A stretch of DNA of 64,000 nucleotides from an uncultured Eubacteriales bacterium (lineage in GTDB: Bacteria; Bacillota; Clostridia; Oscillospirales; Acutalibacteraceae): positions 37,082 to 101,081 of the forward strand of contig CAJUDG010000013.1 in the NCBI GenBank assembly GCA_910584745.1, written 5' to 3'. The notes under the pieces were generated by a model. That model had not been told where the DNA came from, did no database searches, and was given only the letters and a program-made list of their open reading frames with translations. Below are positions 25,766 to 34,677 of the stretch, piece by piece. The stretch's first letter is position 1. Each line of letters begins with the position of its first letter. Both the position numbers and the translations under genes were made by a program.

Positions 25766-26073
25766 TACGCCTTCACGGCCTCTATCTGTATCTTGGTATA
25801 GGGCTGGCGATGGCCCATCTTCCGCTTGGAGTTCTTCTTGGGCTTATAGGTGAAGACGGTTATCTTCTTCGCCTTGCCGGTCTTTACCACCTTGCCGGTG
25901 ACAGTTGCCCCCTCGACATAGGGCGCGCCCACCTTGGGCTCTCCCTCGCCGAACACGGCCACTACCGGGAACTCAACGGTGCTGTTCTCCTCTGCGTCCA
26001 GCTTCTCCACGTATATAACGTCGCCGTACTGGACCTTGTACTGCTTCCCGCCTGTCTCGATCACTGCAAACAT
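25765..26073 (-). CDS. rplU: 50S ribosomal protein L21
   Basis: [21 protein letters not shown]. Confidence 0.97.
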   Translation of the reverse strand: MFAVIETGGKQYKVQYGDVIYVEKLDAEENSTVEFPVVAVFGEGEPKVGAPYVEGATVTGKVVKTGKAKKITVFTYKPKKNSKRKMGHRQPYTKIQIEAVKA

Positions 26074-26094
26074 TTCTTATCCTGCCTTTATCAT

Positions 26095-26157
26095 AGTCTC
26101 GCTACTCCCGGGCGGGCGCCTATGGCGCCGCTTTAAAAGCCCGCAGTATGCGGCTCA
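26095..26157 (-). ncRNA. L21 leader cis-regulatory RNA
   Basis: GCCGCA..GCGGGC..GCCCGC..GCGAG pattern between promoter TTGACT-N17-TATATT (26189-26161) and rplU. Confidence 0.65.
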
Positions 26158-26185
26158 TATAATATAGCATGAAAACGCGGGAAAG

Positions 26186-26581
26186 TCAAGGAGTTTTTAA
26201 ACCTTTAGAGAGCCTTTCCACCTTATATTTCGCCTCGTCAAGGTCTTTACAGCCGTCGAGGATCATGCTTATCATCTCAATGATGGTCCCAAGCTGCTTG
26301 TCCGCCGCCATCTCCCTCCTCTCGGTCTCCGGCCTGTCGAAAAACACATCAGGTTTCGGCGTAAAGTCAAACAGCTCCCTGGGTTTTATCTTAAACACCT
26401 CGCACATTTTAAAGATAAGGTCCATGGAAACCCCCACGTTGCCAAGCTCTATGGCGCTGATATGGCTCCTCTCAATGTCCAGCATCTCGGCAAGCTGCAG
26501 CTGGGTCACTCGCAGAGCTTTTCGATAGTACACCACATTGAGCCCGAATTTTCTATACTGGTCCCTATATTGCTTTTTCAT
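26186..26581 (-). CDS. XRE-family HTH regulator with a fused C-terminal small domain
   Basis: RKALRVTQLQLAEMLDIERSHISAIELG HTH. Internal RBS and ATG at 26311. Confidence 0.8.
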   Translation of the reverse strand: MKKQYRDQYRKFGLNVVYYRKALRVTQLQLAEMLDIERSHISAIELGNVGVSMDLIFKMCEVFKIKPRELFDFTPKPDVFFDRPETERREMAADKQLGTIIEMISMILDGCKDLDEAKYKVERLSKGLKTP

Positions 26582-26742
26582 CGCCGGAACACCTCCTATA
26601 CCTAAGTTTATGGGTGTTCACGCAAAGAATAAACTTATTCAAAACATCGTAATAATGTTGACACAGGTCATAAAGTGTGTTATCATACTTACACAGCAGT
26701 GAAAAATTTGAAAAAATCAAGCGAAATCGGAGGGGTTTAGTT

Positions 26743-27281
26743 ATGGATGAGAATATCTTAGCGGTTGGGAAATCGGGGTATGTCAGAAAAATACTTGGGG
26801 GCATTTTGTTTATTCCCCTCATATTTTTCTACACCATGGGCTTTATCTTGTACGGCGCTGTCGATTTGTCCATGTTTATACCACTGTTTATTATCAGCCT
26901 TCCTCTTTTACTCATTATCTTTGCTTGCTTTAAGCAAAGCTCGTCCATTACTGTCACCGATAAACGCGTATTCGGCCAGATTACCAGATGGATATTTTCT
27001 ACCCGCCGTATAGATCTACCGCTGGATTCAATATCGGCGGTATCCGCGTGGCAACCGCGTCCGGCGAAATTGTTTTTACGGATATCAGCAACCAGGACGA
27101 GGTGTATCAGGCCATCAACCATCTTCTTATCGCCCGGCAAGACGCAAGATCATCCGTAGTCGCGCAGGAGCCCCAGCCCAGCGTGCCGGACGAGCTGAAA
27201 CAGTACAAGGAGCTGCTTGACGGCGGCGTGATAACACAGGAGGAGTTTGACGAGAAAAAGCGCCGGCTTCTCGGCCTATAA
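26743..27281 (+). pseudogene. Membrane protein with C-terminal SHOCT domain, frameshifted near 27040
   Basis: Frame 1 ends ..IDLPLDSISAVS; frame 2 continues GIRVATASG..DELKQYKELLDGGVITQEEFDEKKRRLL (SHOCT). Confidence 0.75.
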
Positions 27282-27444
27282 AAAGAGCCCCCTGAGTAGG
27301 ATACTACACAGGGGGCATTCATATGAAGAAACGAGAATATGCACATGTGCAAAACCGCTGCCAAAGATCCAGACGGTGATAAGGTTAGGAAAATGCCGAC
27401 GGGAAATAGCAGAAGAACTATCGATAACCCGGCAGCGGACGGCA

Positions 27445-28791
27445 TCAGGCCTCCTGCAGGCTCATGGCAAGCACCCGGCAGGTCTCGTCGATAAGCTTGT
27501 CGATGTCCCCCTGGGCATAGCCGGTGTGCACGTCCACGCAGTCCATCTCCAGGTTATACAGCCCGAAAGTCACCGTGTCAAAAAAGTTCACGGCAGTTAT
27601 GGCGTCCCGCACGGCGCAGAGGCCCTCAAAGTTCTCGTCCGTCAGGCTCCATTTATCGGAACCGTCGGCCATAGATACCGGGTACTCCCCGCTCATGACC
27701 CGCGCGTCCATGGGGAACCCCAGGAAGGTCCCTTCTCCCGCCAGGAACTGGTTATAGAAGCCATAGCCCTGCTGGCTCTCAAGGCCCAGCAGGTAGTCCA
27801 GCACAAGGAAGGCCTCCTCCTTATGCCTGCTGCCCGCGCTTATGGCAGCGTAGCTGCGCACTGCGGCGGTGACCCCGCCGGTCTTGGAGTACAGGGGGAT
27901 ATAGGTCAGGGGGACGTCCTGCTTGATGGTGTCGGCCTGGACGTAGAAGCTGGATACACTTATGTTGAACCCCGGGCCCACCAGGGCCTGATAATAAGTG
28001 GGGGTGTCGCCGAACTCCCCGTTTTCCGAGAGATCCATCAGCTCAAGGTTTTTGTGTATGCGGGTCTTTAGGTCCTCGGCGGTGAACAGCAGCTCCTCCT
28101 TGTCATAGTCCGCAAGCTTGCCGAGGGTGTTGTGCAGGGTCCTGTCGACGGTGGAATGCTTCTTCTGAGGGGAGCCGCCGTCAAAGCTTATGCTGGCAAG
28201 GTCGATGATATCGCCGCTCTCGGCCATCTGCTCCCAGGTGATGTCCTTGCTGGGGGTATGGGTCACGTCTTCCTTCAGAAAGCAGCTCATGTTGAACTGG
28301 TAGCTAAGCGGGATGATGAACTGCCCCTTATCGGTCTTACCGGCGTTCAGGACGGTCTGGACCTGCTGGTCCCAGTCTGTGTACTGGGACTTCTCCATGA
28401 GCTTGTCCAGGTTCAGGAGCAGTCCGTTCCGGGCGGCCTTCTCGGGGTAGGGGAACACCAGGTCGTCCTGCCAGCCGGAGTTGATGATGAACAGGTCCGG
28501 GCCATTGCCGCTCATTATCTCCGTGTGCAGCCGGGTCAGGGCCCCCATGCGCTCCTCGCCCTCGGGGGGCACCAGCTCGATCTCGAACTCCTCTGCGCCG
28601 CCGGATTCGGCCAGCTTTTCCAGTATGGCCTCGAAATCGTAGGTAGCCTGGTTCACCTGGGTGGAGCGGATGTCCAGGTCAAGGCATATGCGAAGTGGGC
28701 CGGTATCCTTCTGCCCGCAGCCGGGAAGGCATAGGGTCAGAACCAGGGTCAGGGCGAGTAAAGCTGCCAGTGTTCGTTTAGTGTTTTTCAT
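27445..28791 (-). CDS. Orphan extracellular solute-binding lipoprotein, paralog of 10153-11511
   Basis: Lipobox LPGC; ICLDLD, IMSGNGPDLF, PEK, LNLDK, IPLYSKTGGVTA motifs shared with 10153-11511. Confidence 0.75.
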   Translation of the reverse strand: MKNTKRTLAALLALTLVLTLCLPGCGQKDTGPLRICLDLDIRSTQVNQATYDFEAILEKLAESGGAEEFEIELVPPEGEERMGALTRLHTEIMSGNGPDLFIINSGWQDDLVFPYPEKAARNGLLLNLDKLMEKSQYTDWDQQVQTVLNAGKTDKGQFIIPLSYQFNMSCFLKEDVTHTPSKDITWEQMAESGDIIDLASISFDGGSPQKKHSTVDRTLHNTLGKLADYDKEELLFTAEDLKTRIHKNLELMDLSENGEFGDTPTYYQALVGPGFNISVSSFYVQADTIKQDVPLTYIPLYSKTGGVTAAVRSYAAISAGSRHKEEAFLVLDYLLGLESQQGYGFYNQFLAGEGTFLGFPMDARVMSGEYPVSMADGSDKWSLTDENFEGLCAVRDAITAVNFFDTVTFGLYNLEMDCVDVHTGYAQGDIDKLIDETCRVLAMSLQEA

Positions 28792-28963
28792 AACCAAAAC
28801 CTCGCTTTCTTTTTTGGACAGACGGTCCCTTGGGCACGCCTGTCATAATATAAGAAGACATGATTCTGGACTTTGGTTGCATAAAACTATAAAAATTCAT
28901 AAATTGTTCACAAAGAAAATGAGCAGAGCCCGCGCCCTGCTCATTTCTCATATTCTCTCCGCA

Positions 28964-29809
28964 CTATAGGCCCAGCAGCCCGGCGGCGTTCCCGCCGAGC
29001 ATCATATGGAGCTCATCCCCAGCGAGGGGCCGGGCCCTTATCCAGTCAAGGCTCTCGCTCTGGCTGCTCCAGGGACTGTCGCTGCCAAAGAGCACCCGGC
29101 TGGGGCCAAAGGCCCGGACCAGTTCCATGAAGCCGCCGCCGTCTAAAAGCTGAAGCTCCTCCTCTGAGTAGTGGCTGTCCGCGGGGGTCATCCTGCCGGT
29201 GGAGAAGCTGGTGTCGATATAGACCGGCAGCTCCGGCAGCAGCTCCAGCACCCGGTCCCAGCAGCGCCAGCCGCCCATATGGGCCAGCACCAGCTTCAGA
29301 GGGCCCACCTGCCTTACGGCGTTTGCCACCATCTCCGGCGAGCAGCGGACCACCCCGGGGAAGCCCACGTCCAGGCCCGCGTGGGTGACGACGATAAGAC
29401 CCAGCTCCCCGGCTCGGTCCAGTATGCGCAGGGTGCGGGGGTCGTCAAAGTCCACCCCCTGATAGACCGGGTGGAGCTTTATGCCCCCTAGCCCAAGGCT
29501 CTTTATACGCGCAAGCTCATCGTGCCAGCCCTCGTAGTCCGGGTGCATACAGCCGAATGAGAGCAGGCCGGTCTCCTGAGATCTTTCGCTGATGGCGGCG
29601 GAGGAATCGTTGATATGCTCCACCTGCCGGGGGGCCGTGGCCACGGGCAGCACCACCGAGAGCTCCACTCCCGATTCGGCCATGGATGCCCGGAGGCCGT
29701 CCGGGGTGCCGTCGGTAAAGGGCAGGGTGTGGCTTGCGGCGCTGAGCTTTTCGAGGGTGGACGCAGCTATTTTGGGCGGGAAGGTATGGGTGTGGAAGTC
29801 GATTACCAT
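28964..29809 (-). CDS. Amidohydrolase-family (Amidohydro_2) metallohydrolase
   Basis: IDFHTH, GIKLHP, THAG, LAHMGG, FGSDSPW. Confidence 0.9.
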   Translation of the reverse strand: MVIDFHTHTFPPKIAASTLEKLSAASHTLPFTDGTPDGLRASMAESGVELSVVLPVATAPRQVEHINDSSAAISERSQETGLLSFGCMHPDYEGWHDELARIKSLGLGGIKLHPVYQGVDFDDPRTLRILDRAGELGLIVVTHAGLDVGFPGVVRCSPEMVANAVRQVGPLKLVLAHMGGWRCWDRVLELLPELPVYIDTSFSTGRMTPADSHYSEEELQLLDGGGFMELVRAFGPSRVLFGSDSPWSSQSESLDWIRARPLAGDELHMMLGGNAAGLLGL

Positions 29810-29819
29810 GATTTCTCCT

Positions 29820-30797
29820 TTAGTTCATATACCGCACCTGCTGGGCCTCCTCCAGGGGGTAGAGGGTCAGCGATGGCGAGCTGATATCCTTTTCCGTCAT
29901 GCGCACGGCGGTAAGCTGTGAATTCGAATAGGTCTTGTAGTAGTATATCCTCCTGACGGTGTTCACGCAGCAGGCATAGGTGGTGGTGTTGCAGACATTG
30001 CCGGAGAGCATGGTGGAGCCCCGCACCAGCCAGACGTTGTCCAGGATGTGGAAGAACTGGGAAACGGAATCCTCCTCGCTGTCCCCGCAGAGGGAGTTCA
30101 TCCTGTTGAAGCAGGCCCGCACAAAGCGGGAGGTGGGGGAGTTGTCCCCGGGCAGGCCGATGGAGCCCATACCGCTGCCGAAGGCGCAGAGGTCCAGGCT
30201 CTTGCAGAAGCGGTTCCGCGGCGGCTCTGCGGTCAGGTTCATGAAGCTGTTGAGGTTCATGCTGTGATACGGGAAGGTGGGGTTGTTGGTCAGCACACCG
30301 TAGGGGTTGTCGTATACCCTGAAGCCCTCCTCCCTGGTCTGTTCCACCACAATGCTGCCCGCGCCGTCGCTTATCATCCAGTGCAGGGGCGCGGTGGGGG
30401 TGCCCGGCTCGATGGGTATATCCACCAGCCAGACCGAGGGCAGCTCCCTTTTAAGGTCCTCCAGAGTGGCAAAGGTGCCCAGCACCCAGAGCATGAATTC
30501 GTATGGGGCAAGGTTCCGTTTACCCGGCACAGGCTCGCCGTACCAGGCGTTCTCCGGGAAGTTCAGCCCGGCCATAGACAGGCCCTTTTCGTTGGTGGCC
30601 TCGGCGTAGAGGGGATAGCCGCCACGGACAGAGGCCATGCCTATCATTGCGTACCATGTCTCGAAGCTTTCCCCGGACTTCAGGGGGACGCGGTAGTTCC
30701 TGGGGGTGACGGCAACCTGCTCGCCGAAGCGGTAGTGGATGTCCATTGTGCGGCCAAAGTATACGTCCCGGGTCTTCATGGTGATGCATGTGCACAT
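29820..30797 (-). CDS. Choloylglycine hydrolase family Ntn-hydrolase (bile salt hydrolase or penicillin V acylase)
   Basis: M-CTCI N-terminal Cys nucleophile, YFGRTMD, NEKGL, GVLTNNP, SRFVR. Confidence 0.9.
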   Translation of the reverse strand: MCTCITMKTRDVYFGRTMDIHYRFGEQVAVTPRNYRVPLKSGESFETWYAMIGMASVRGGYPLYAEATNEKGLSMAGLNFPENAWYGEPVPGKRNLAPYEFMLWVLGTFATLEDLKRELPSVWLVDIPIEPGTPTAPLHWMISDGAGSIVVEQTREEGFRVYDNPYGVLTNNPTFPYHSMNLNSFMNLTAEPPRNRFCKSLDLCAFGSGMGSIGLPGDNSPTSRFVRACFNRMNSLCGDSEEDSVSQFFHILDNVWLVRGSTMLSGNVCNTTTYACCVNTVRRIYYYKTYSNSQLTAVRMTEKDISSPSLTLYPLEEAQQVRYMN

Positions 30798-30869
30798 ATA
30801 TGTCCCGCCTTTCATACTGGGTAAACTGCAGATATATCTGTAGTCATAGTATGAAGCGGCCGGGGATTT

Positions 30870-31538
30870 TTATTCTTTAAGCTCTAACCCGGCGGCCTCC
30901 ATCATGTAGTGATAGAGGGGCATGAGCCCGGAGAAGGACTTTGAGAGCAGCTCCGGCAGCTTGTCCGAAAAGAGCTCCTGACCGAAGTAGTCCTCATAGC
31001 CTATGCTGGCCTGCTTCCGGTTGTACCAGGGGTCGATAAGGCCGCTGTAGTGCCCCTTGGGGCGCTTGTACTCGTCGCCCCAGAGGCGGCTTTTGTCCCG
31101 GTCCGGGACGGCCAGCAAAAGCTCCTCAAAGCGTCTGGGGTCGCTGTCTATCTTCCTGCGGAAGGCCGCGGCCTGCTCTGCCGAGCGGTCCCAGTACCCA
31201 AGGCCGTGGGAGGTGCCCGAGAGCCCGAACTCGAACCAGAGCATGGGCCCAGTGTTCCGGCAGTCCTCCCGCTGGAGGGAGAACCACAGGTGGTCGTGAT
31301 AGGGCCCCCGGCCAAAGAGCCGCCGGGCGTCCCGGTAGATCCTAGACACGTGCACGCCGAAGCCGCAGCCGGGAAAGGCCTTTGCCATCATGGCGCCGGT
31401 CTCTCCGGCAAGCTCCTTGAAGGGCCGGTTCAGAAGGGCCTCGAACTCCTCCTTATGCTCCAAAAACCATGGGCGCTCGTTATTGATGGACAGCTCCATA
31501 AGGAAGTCCATGGCCTGGGGGGTAAGGGGGCGGGTCAT
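30870..31538 (-). CDS. DUF2461 family protein
   Basis: FLMELSINNERPWF, RIYRDAR..PY, YKRPKG. Confidence 0.85.
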   Translation of the reverse strand: MTRPLTPQAMDFLMELSINNERPWFLEHKEEFEALLNRPFKELAGETGAMMAKAFPGCGFGVHVSRIYRDARRLFGRGPYHDHLWFSLQREDCRNTGPMLWFEFGLSGTSHGLGYWDRSAEQAAAFRRKIDSDPRRFEELLLAVPDRDKSRLWGDEYKRPKGHYSGLIDPWYNRKQASIGYEDYFGQELFSDKLPELLSKSFSGLMPLYHYMMEAAGLELKE

Positions 31539-32863
31539 TCGGCAGAGTCCTCGCGCCAGGGCTTCGCGGTGCTGGCTATCCGGTAGGCGGCGCAGCCGTG
31601 GGGGGCCACGGCCGCATGGACGACGCCGTCGGCAAAGTCAGTGCGCCCGCCCTCCCAGAGGTCTATGCCGGCGACGGTCCGGGGCCACATATCGCGGACC
31701 GAGGCCGAGAGCTCCCGGGGGGAGTCGGAGAGGTTAAAGAGCACCACGTACTTCTCGCCGGAATCCGGCTCCAGAGCCGTCCAGGCGGCGGAGTCCTCAT
31801 TGCGGTAGAGCTGCCGGGGGCGGCAGGGCAGCATGTCCAGCACATCCCAGTTTGTCAGGATGAACATGGTCCAGTCATCAAGCTTTGTCAGCTCGCCGCC
31901 CATCATCAGCGGTGAGCCCATCAGGCACCAGAGGGTGAACATGGTCTTCTGCTCATCCTTCGTAAAGCGGGTGTCCCGCTCGTCCCCAAAGCCCGCGCCT
32001 ATGCGCCCCAAAGGCAGCATGTCGCAGTCGGGGTATGAGCCCGGGCCCACGTGGTCCTGCCACTGCTCGCAGCGGCGGAACATGGCCTTCAGAAGCGCCC
32101 AGTCGTCCCAGAAGTCGTCGGTTATCCGCCACATATTGGCGTGGGCGTGATAGTGCCAGGACTCGTCGATAATGGCCGGGCCCGGGGACAGGGACAGCAC
32201 GATGTCCCTGCCGGTCTTCTCTATGGCCCGGGAGATCATCTCTATCTCAAAGCTGCGAAGGTAGGCCTTGTCGCTGTGGGGCACCAGGTTGTCGGTGTTG
32301 CAGATGTCATCGCATTTTATGAAGTCCACGCCCCAGTCGGCGTACATGCCGATGATGGAGTCGTAGTAGGCCTGGCCCCCGGGGCAGTTCAGCACCCCGT
32401 ACATGTCCGGGTTCCACCGGCAGACGGAGCCGGGGTCGGCCACCATGTCGGCGGTCTCGTTATGGCCCAGTATCTTCATATGGCCGTGGGCCGCGGCCCG
32501 GGGGATGCCCCGCATGATATGTATGCCGAATTTCAGCCCCAGGCTGTGGATATAGGCCGCAAGCGGCTCGAACCCCTTTCCCCCCTGGGAAGAGGGGAAG
32601 CGCTCGGGGTCCGGCTGAAGCCGGGACCAGGAGTCTATCTCCACCGGGCCGAAGGGGATGTACTGAAAGCGCCCGCGCATTGAGCCGGCGTTTTTTGCGT
32701 ACCACTGGATGTCGATGACCACATACTCCCAGCCCCACTCCTTAAGGCGCTCTGACATGACCCGGGCGTTGGCCCGGACCTGCTCCTCGTTGACAGTGGT
32801 GTCGTAATAGTCGTAGCTGTTCCACCCCATTGGCGGGGTCAGGGCGATCTTATTGCTTGTCAT
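31535..32863 (-). CDS. Glycoside hydrolase family 27 (alpha-galactosidase or beta-L-arabinopyranosidase)
   Basis: TPPMGWNSYD, IDIQW, WGVDFIKCDD, MWRITDD, PDCDMLP. Confidence 0.9.
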   Translation of the reverse strand: MTSNKIALTPPMGWNSYDYYDTTVNEEQVRANARVMSERLKEWGWEYVVIDIQWYAKNAGSMRGRFQYIPFGPVEIDSWSRLQPDPERFPSSQGGKGFEPLAAYIHSLGLKFGIHIMRGIPRAAAHGHMKILGHNETADMVADPGSVCRWNPDMYGVLNCPGGQAYYDSIIGMYADWGVDFIKCDDICNTDNLVPHSDKAYLRSFEIEMISRAIEKTGRDIVLSLSPGPAIIDESWHYHAHANMWRITDDFWDDWALLKAMFRRCEQWQDHVGPGSYPDCDMLPLGRIGAGFGDERDTRFTKDEQKTMFTLWCLMGSPLMMGGELTKLDDWTMFILTNWDVLDMLPCRPRQLYRNEDSAAWTALEPDSGEKYVVLFNLSDSPRELSASVRDMWPRTVAGIDLWEGGRTDFADGVVHAAVAPHGCAAYRIASTAKPWREDSAE

Positions 32864-32883
32864 AGCCGTATCCTCCCGAAACT

Positions 32884-32904
32884 GTATCATTACTGTAATG
32901 ATAC
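32884..32904. promoter_or_regulatory. Perfect 10-1-10 palindrome, probable repressor operator of the GH27 operon
   Basis: GTATCATTAC-T-GTAATGATAC between the -10 (CATAAT) and the RBS. Confidence 0.65.
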
Positions 32905-33025
32905 GTTCCAGATATTATGACACATATTTGGCAATCTTTCAAGTGCTTTTGAGAAATATAGAAAAAAATAATGCGACTCCAACTGAAAAACTTGTTGGAA
33001 TCGCATATGGACACATCATAGTATA

Positions 33026-33994
33026 TTAGAAAATATATTTAGCTCCTGTGCGGTATGATTCATACGCACCCACCATGAATCGTGTCAGTGCCACCGCCTC
33101 GTCAATGCCGTTGGGGGCCTCTCCAATGCCGCGGCAGGCGTCGATCCAAGCGTCGATGGGCATGGGGTCCGGCTCCGGCAGGGGCTCAAGCGTTACAAGC
33201 TTTCCGCCGGTCTCCCCGCAGCTGTACTCCAGAATGTCGTTATGTACCATCAGGGAGCCCTTTGTGCCGCTGAGCTCCAGCACATAGCCGATGCCGGTGC
33301 TGACAAAGCCGGTCTCGGAAACGCCGATGGCGCCGCCCTCGAACTCCAGCACAGAGACGGCGTTGTCCTCGACGGGTTTGCCGGTGACGGTGGTGAACAT
33401 TGAGACCACGGACTTGGGCTCGCCCATGAGCCAGCGCAGGGTGTACATGGGGTGGGCCCCCAGGTCCATCATGGCCCCGCCGCCGGTCTCGGCCGCGTTG
33501 TAGAAGTGGGGCGGCAGCCAACCGGCGCTGCTGCCGTCGTGGACGTTGCGCACCCGGGCGTAGGTGACCTGGCCCAGCTTGCCGCCGTCCAGTATCTCCT
33601 TGGCGGCCTTAAGGGTGGGGCGGGTCTTGTGGGGGTAGGAGATGGTGAATGTAATGCCGCTCTCCTTTACAGTCTTGGCTATCTCCCCGGCGTCCTCGTT
33701 TGTAAAGGCCAGGACTTTTTCAGTAAAGATGTGCTTTCCGGCCTTTGCCGCGGCCATGAGCACCTGTGGGTGCTCGCTGGTGGCCGTGGTGACGGTTACG
33801 CCCTCTATGGAGGGGTCGGAGAGAACGGCGTCAAGATCCGGCTGGAAGGGCACCCCCAGCTTTTCGGCCATCTGGGCGCCGCGCTCGGGGTCGCTGTCCC
33901 AAAGGCAGCAGAGGGTGGAGTTGGGGTTTTTCTGTACGGCGGTGGCATACTCCATGGTGTGCACATGCCACGCGCCCAGGACTGCGATGTTCAT
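33026..33994 (-). CDS. Gfo/Idh/MocA-family oxidoreductase
   Basis: AGKHIFTEK, GGGAMMDLGAH. Confidence 0.9.
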   Translation of the reverse strand: MNIAVLGAWHVHTMEYATAVQKNPNSTLCCLWDSDPERGAQMAEKLGVPFQPDLDAVLSDPSIEGVTVTTATSEHPQVLMAAAKAGKHIFTEKVLAFTNEDAGEIAKTVKESGITFTISYPHKTRPTLKAAKEILDGGKLGQVTYARVRNVHDGSSAGWLPPHFYNAAETGGGAMMDLGAHPMYTLRWLMGEPKSVVSMFTTVTGKPVEDNAVSVLEFEGGAIGVSETGFVSTGIGYVLELSGTKGSLMVHNDILEYSCGETGGKLVTLEPLPEPDPMPIDAWIDACRGIGEAPNGIDEAVALTRFMVGAYESYRTGAKYIF

Positions 33995-34173
33995 AGAAAT
34001 TTCCTCCTGAGAATGATTTATGGTAAGGCCGGTAAAGGGTTTATGCTTTACCGGCCTTTACGCTCTGTCCGGCACGGCCCTGACCGCGGTCAGGATACAA
34101 GGCCTTCATACCGTAACGGCTTGTTTCTTCCATTATACCACATACCCGGGATTTGTCAAACCCCTGCCGCACC

Positions 34174-34482
34174 TCAGAACAGTCCCCCATTATACCTGAA
34201 CTGCGCAAAAGCCATCACTGCCAGTCCGGCCACACACCCGGCGGCAATGATCCAGTAAAACGCCTCCTGTCCGGAAAGCATCAGCAGGCCCGCCGCAACG
34301 GCCACACTGGCCCCTATGACCATGGTGCCGATGCCCATCATCCTGCTATAAGCCGGCATGTCCTCCTGGCTGACCCTTCGCCGGTTATGTCTGTGTACCG
34401 TCCGGACATTTCCCAGCAGGTTCGGGACGCTGACGGCCATCAGCAATATCCCCATTATCAGCAGCGGCATATACTCCATCAT
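34174..34482 (-). CDS. Small three-TM membrane protein
   Basis: GGAGGA RBS, overlaps the upstream stop codon, ends QFRYNGGLF. Confidence 0.75.
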   Translation of the reverse strand: MMEYMPLLIMGILLMAVSVPNLLGNVRTVHRHNRRRVSQEDMPAYSRMMGIGTMVIGASVAVAAGLLMLSGQEAFYWIIAAGCVAGLAVMAFAQFRYNGGLF

Positions 34483-34661
34483 AAATCCTCCTCCGGCGGC
34501 TTCTTCGCGCCCTTGCGCTTTCGCACGCACTCCGTCAGCAAGAACTCGATCTGCCCGTTGATAGAGCGAAAGTCATCCTCCGCCCACTGTGCCAGCTCCT
34601 TCCAGAGGGTGGGCGATATCCTGAGCAGTATCTGCTTCTTGGCTTTCTCCTTCTCGTCCAT
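34479..34661 (-). CDS. Arc-like ribbon-helix-helix DNA-binding protein
   Basis: KKQILLRISPTLW..WAEDDFRSINGQIEFLL. Confidence 0.85.
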   Translation of the reverse strand: MDEKEKAKKQILLRISPTLWKELAQWAEDDFRSINGQIEFLLTECVRKRKGAKKPPEEDL

Positions 34662-34677
34662 AGGCAGTCTCCGTTCC

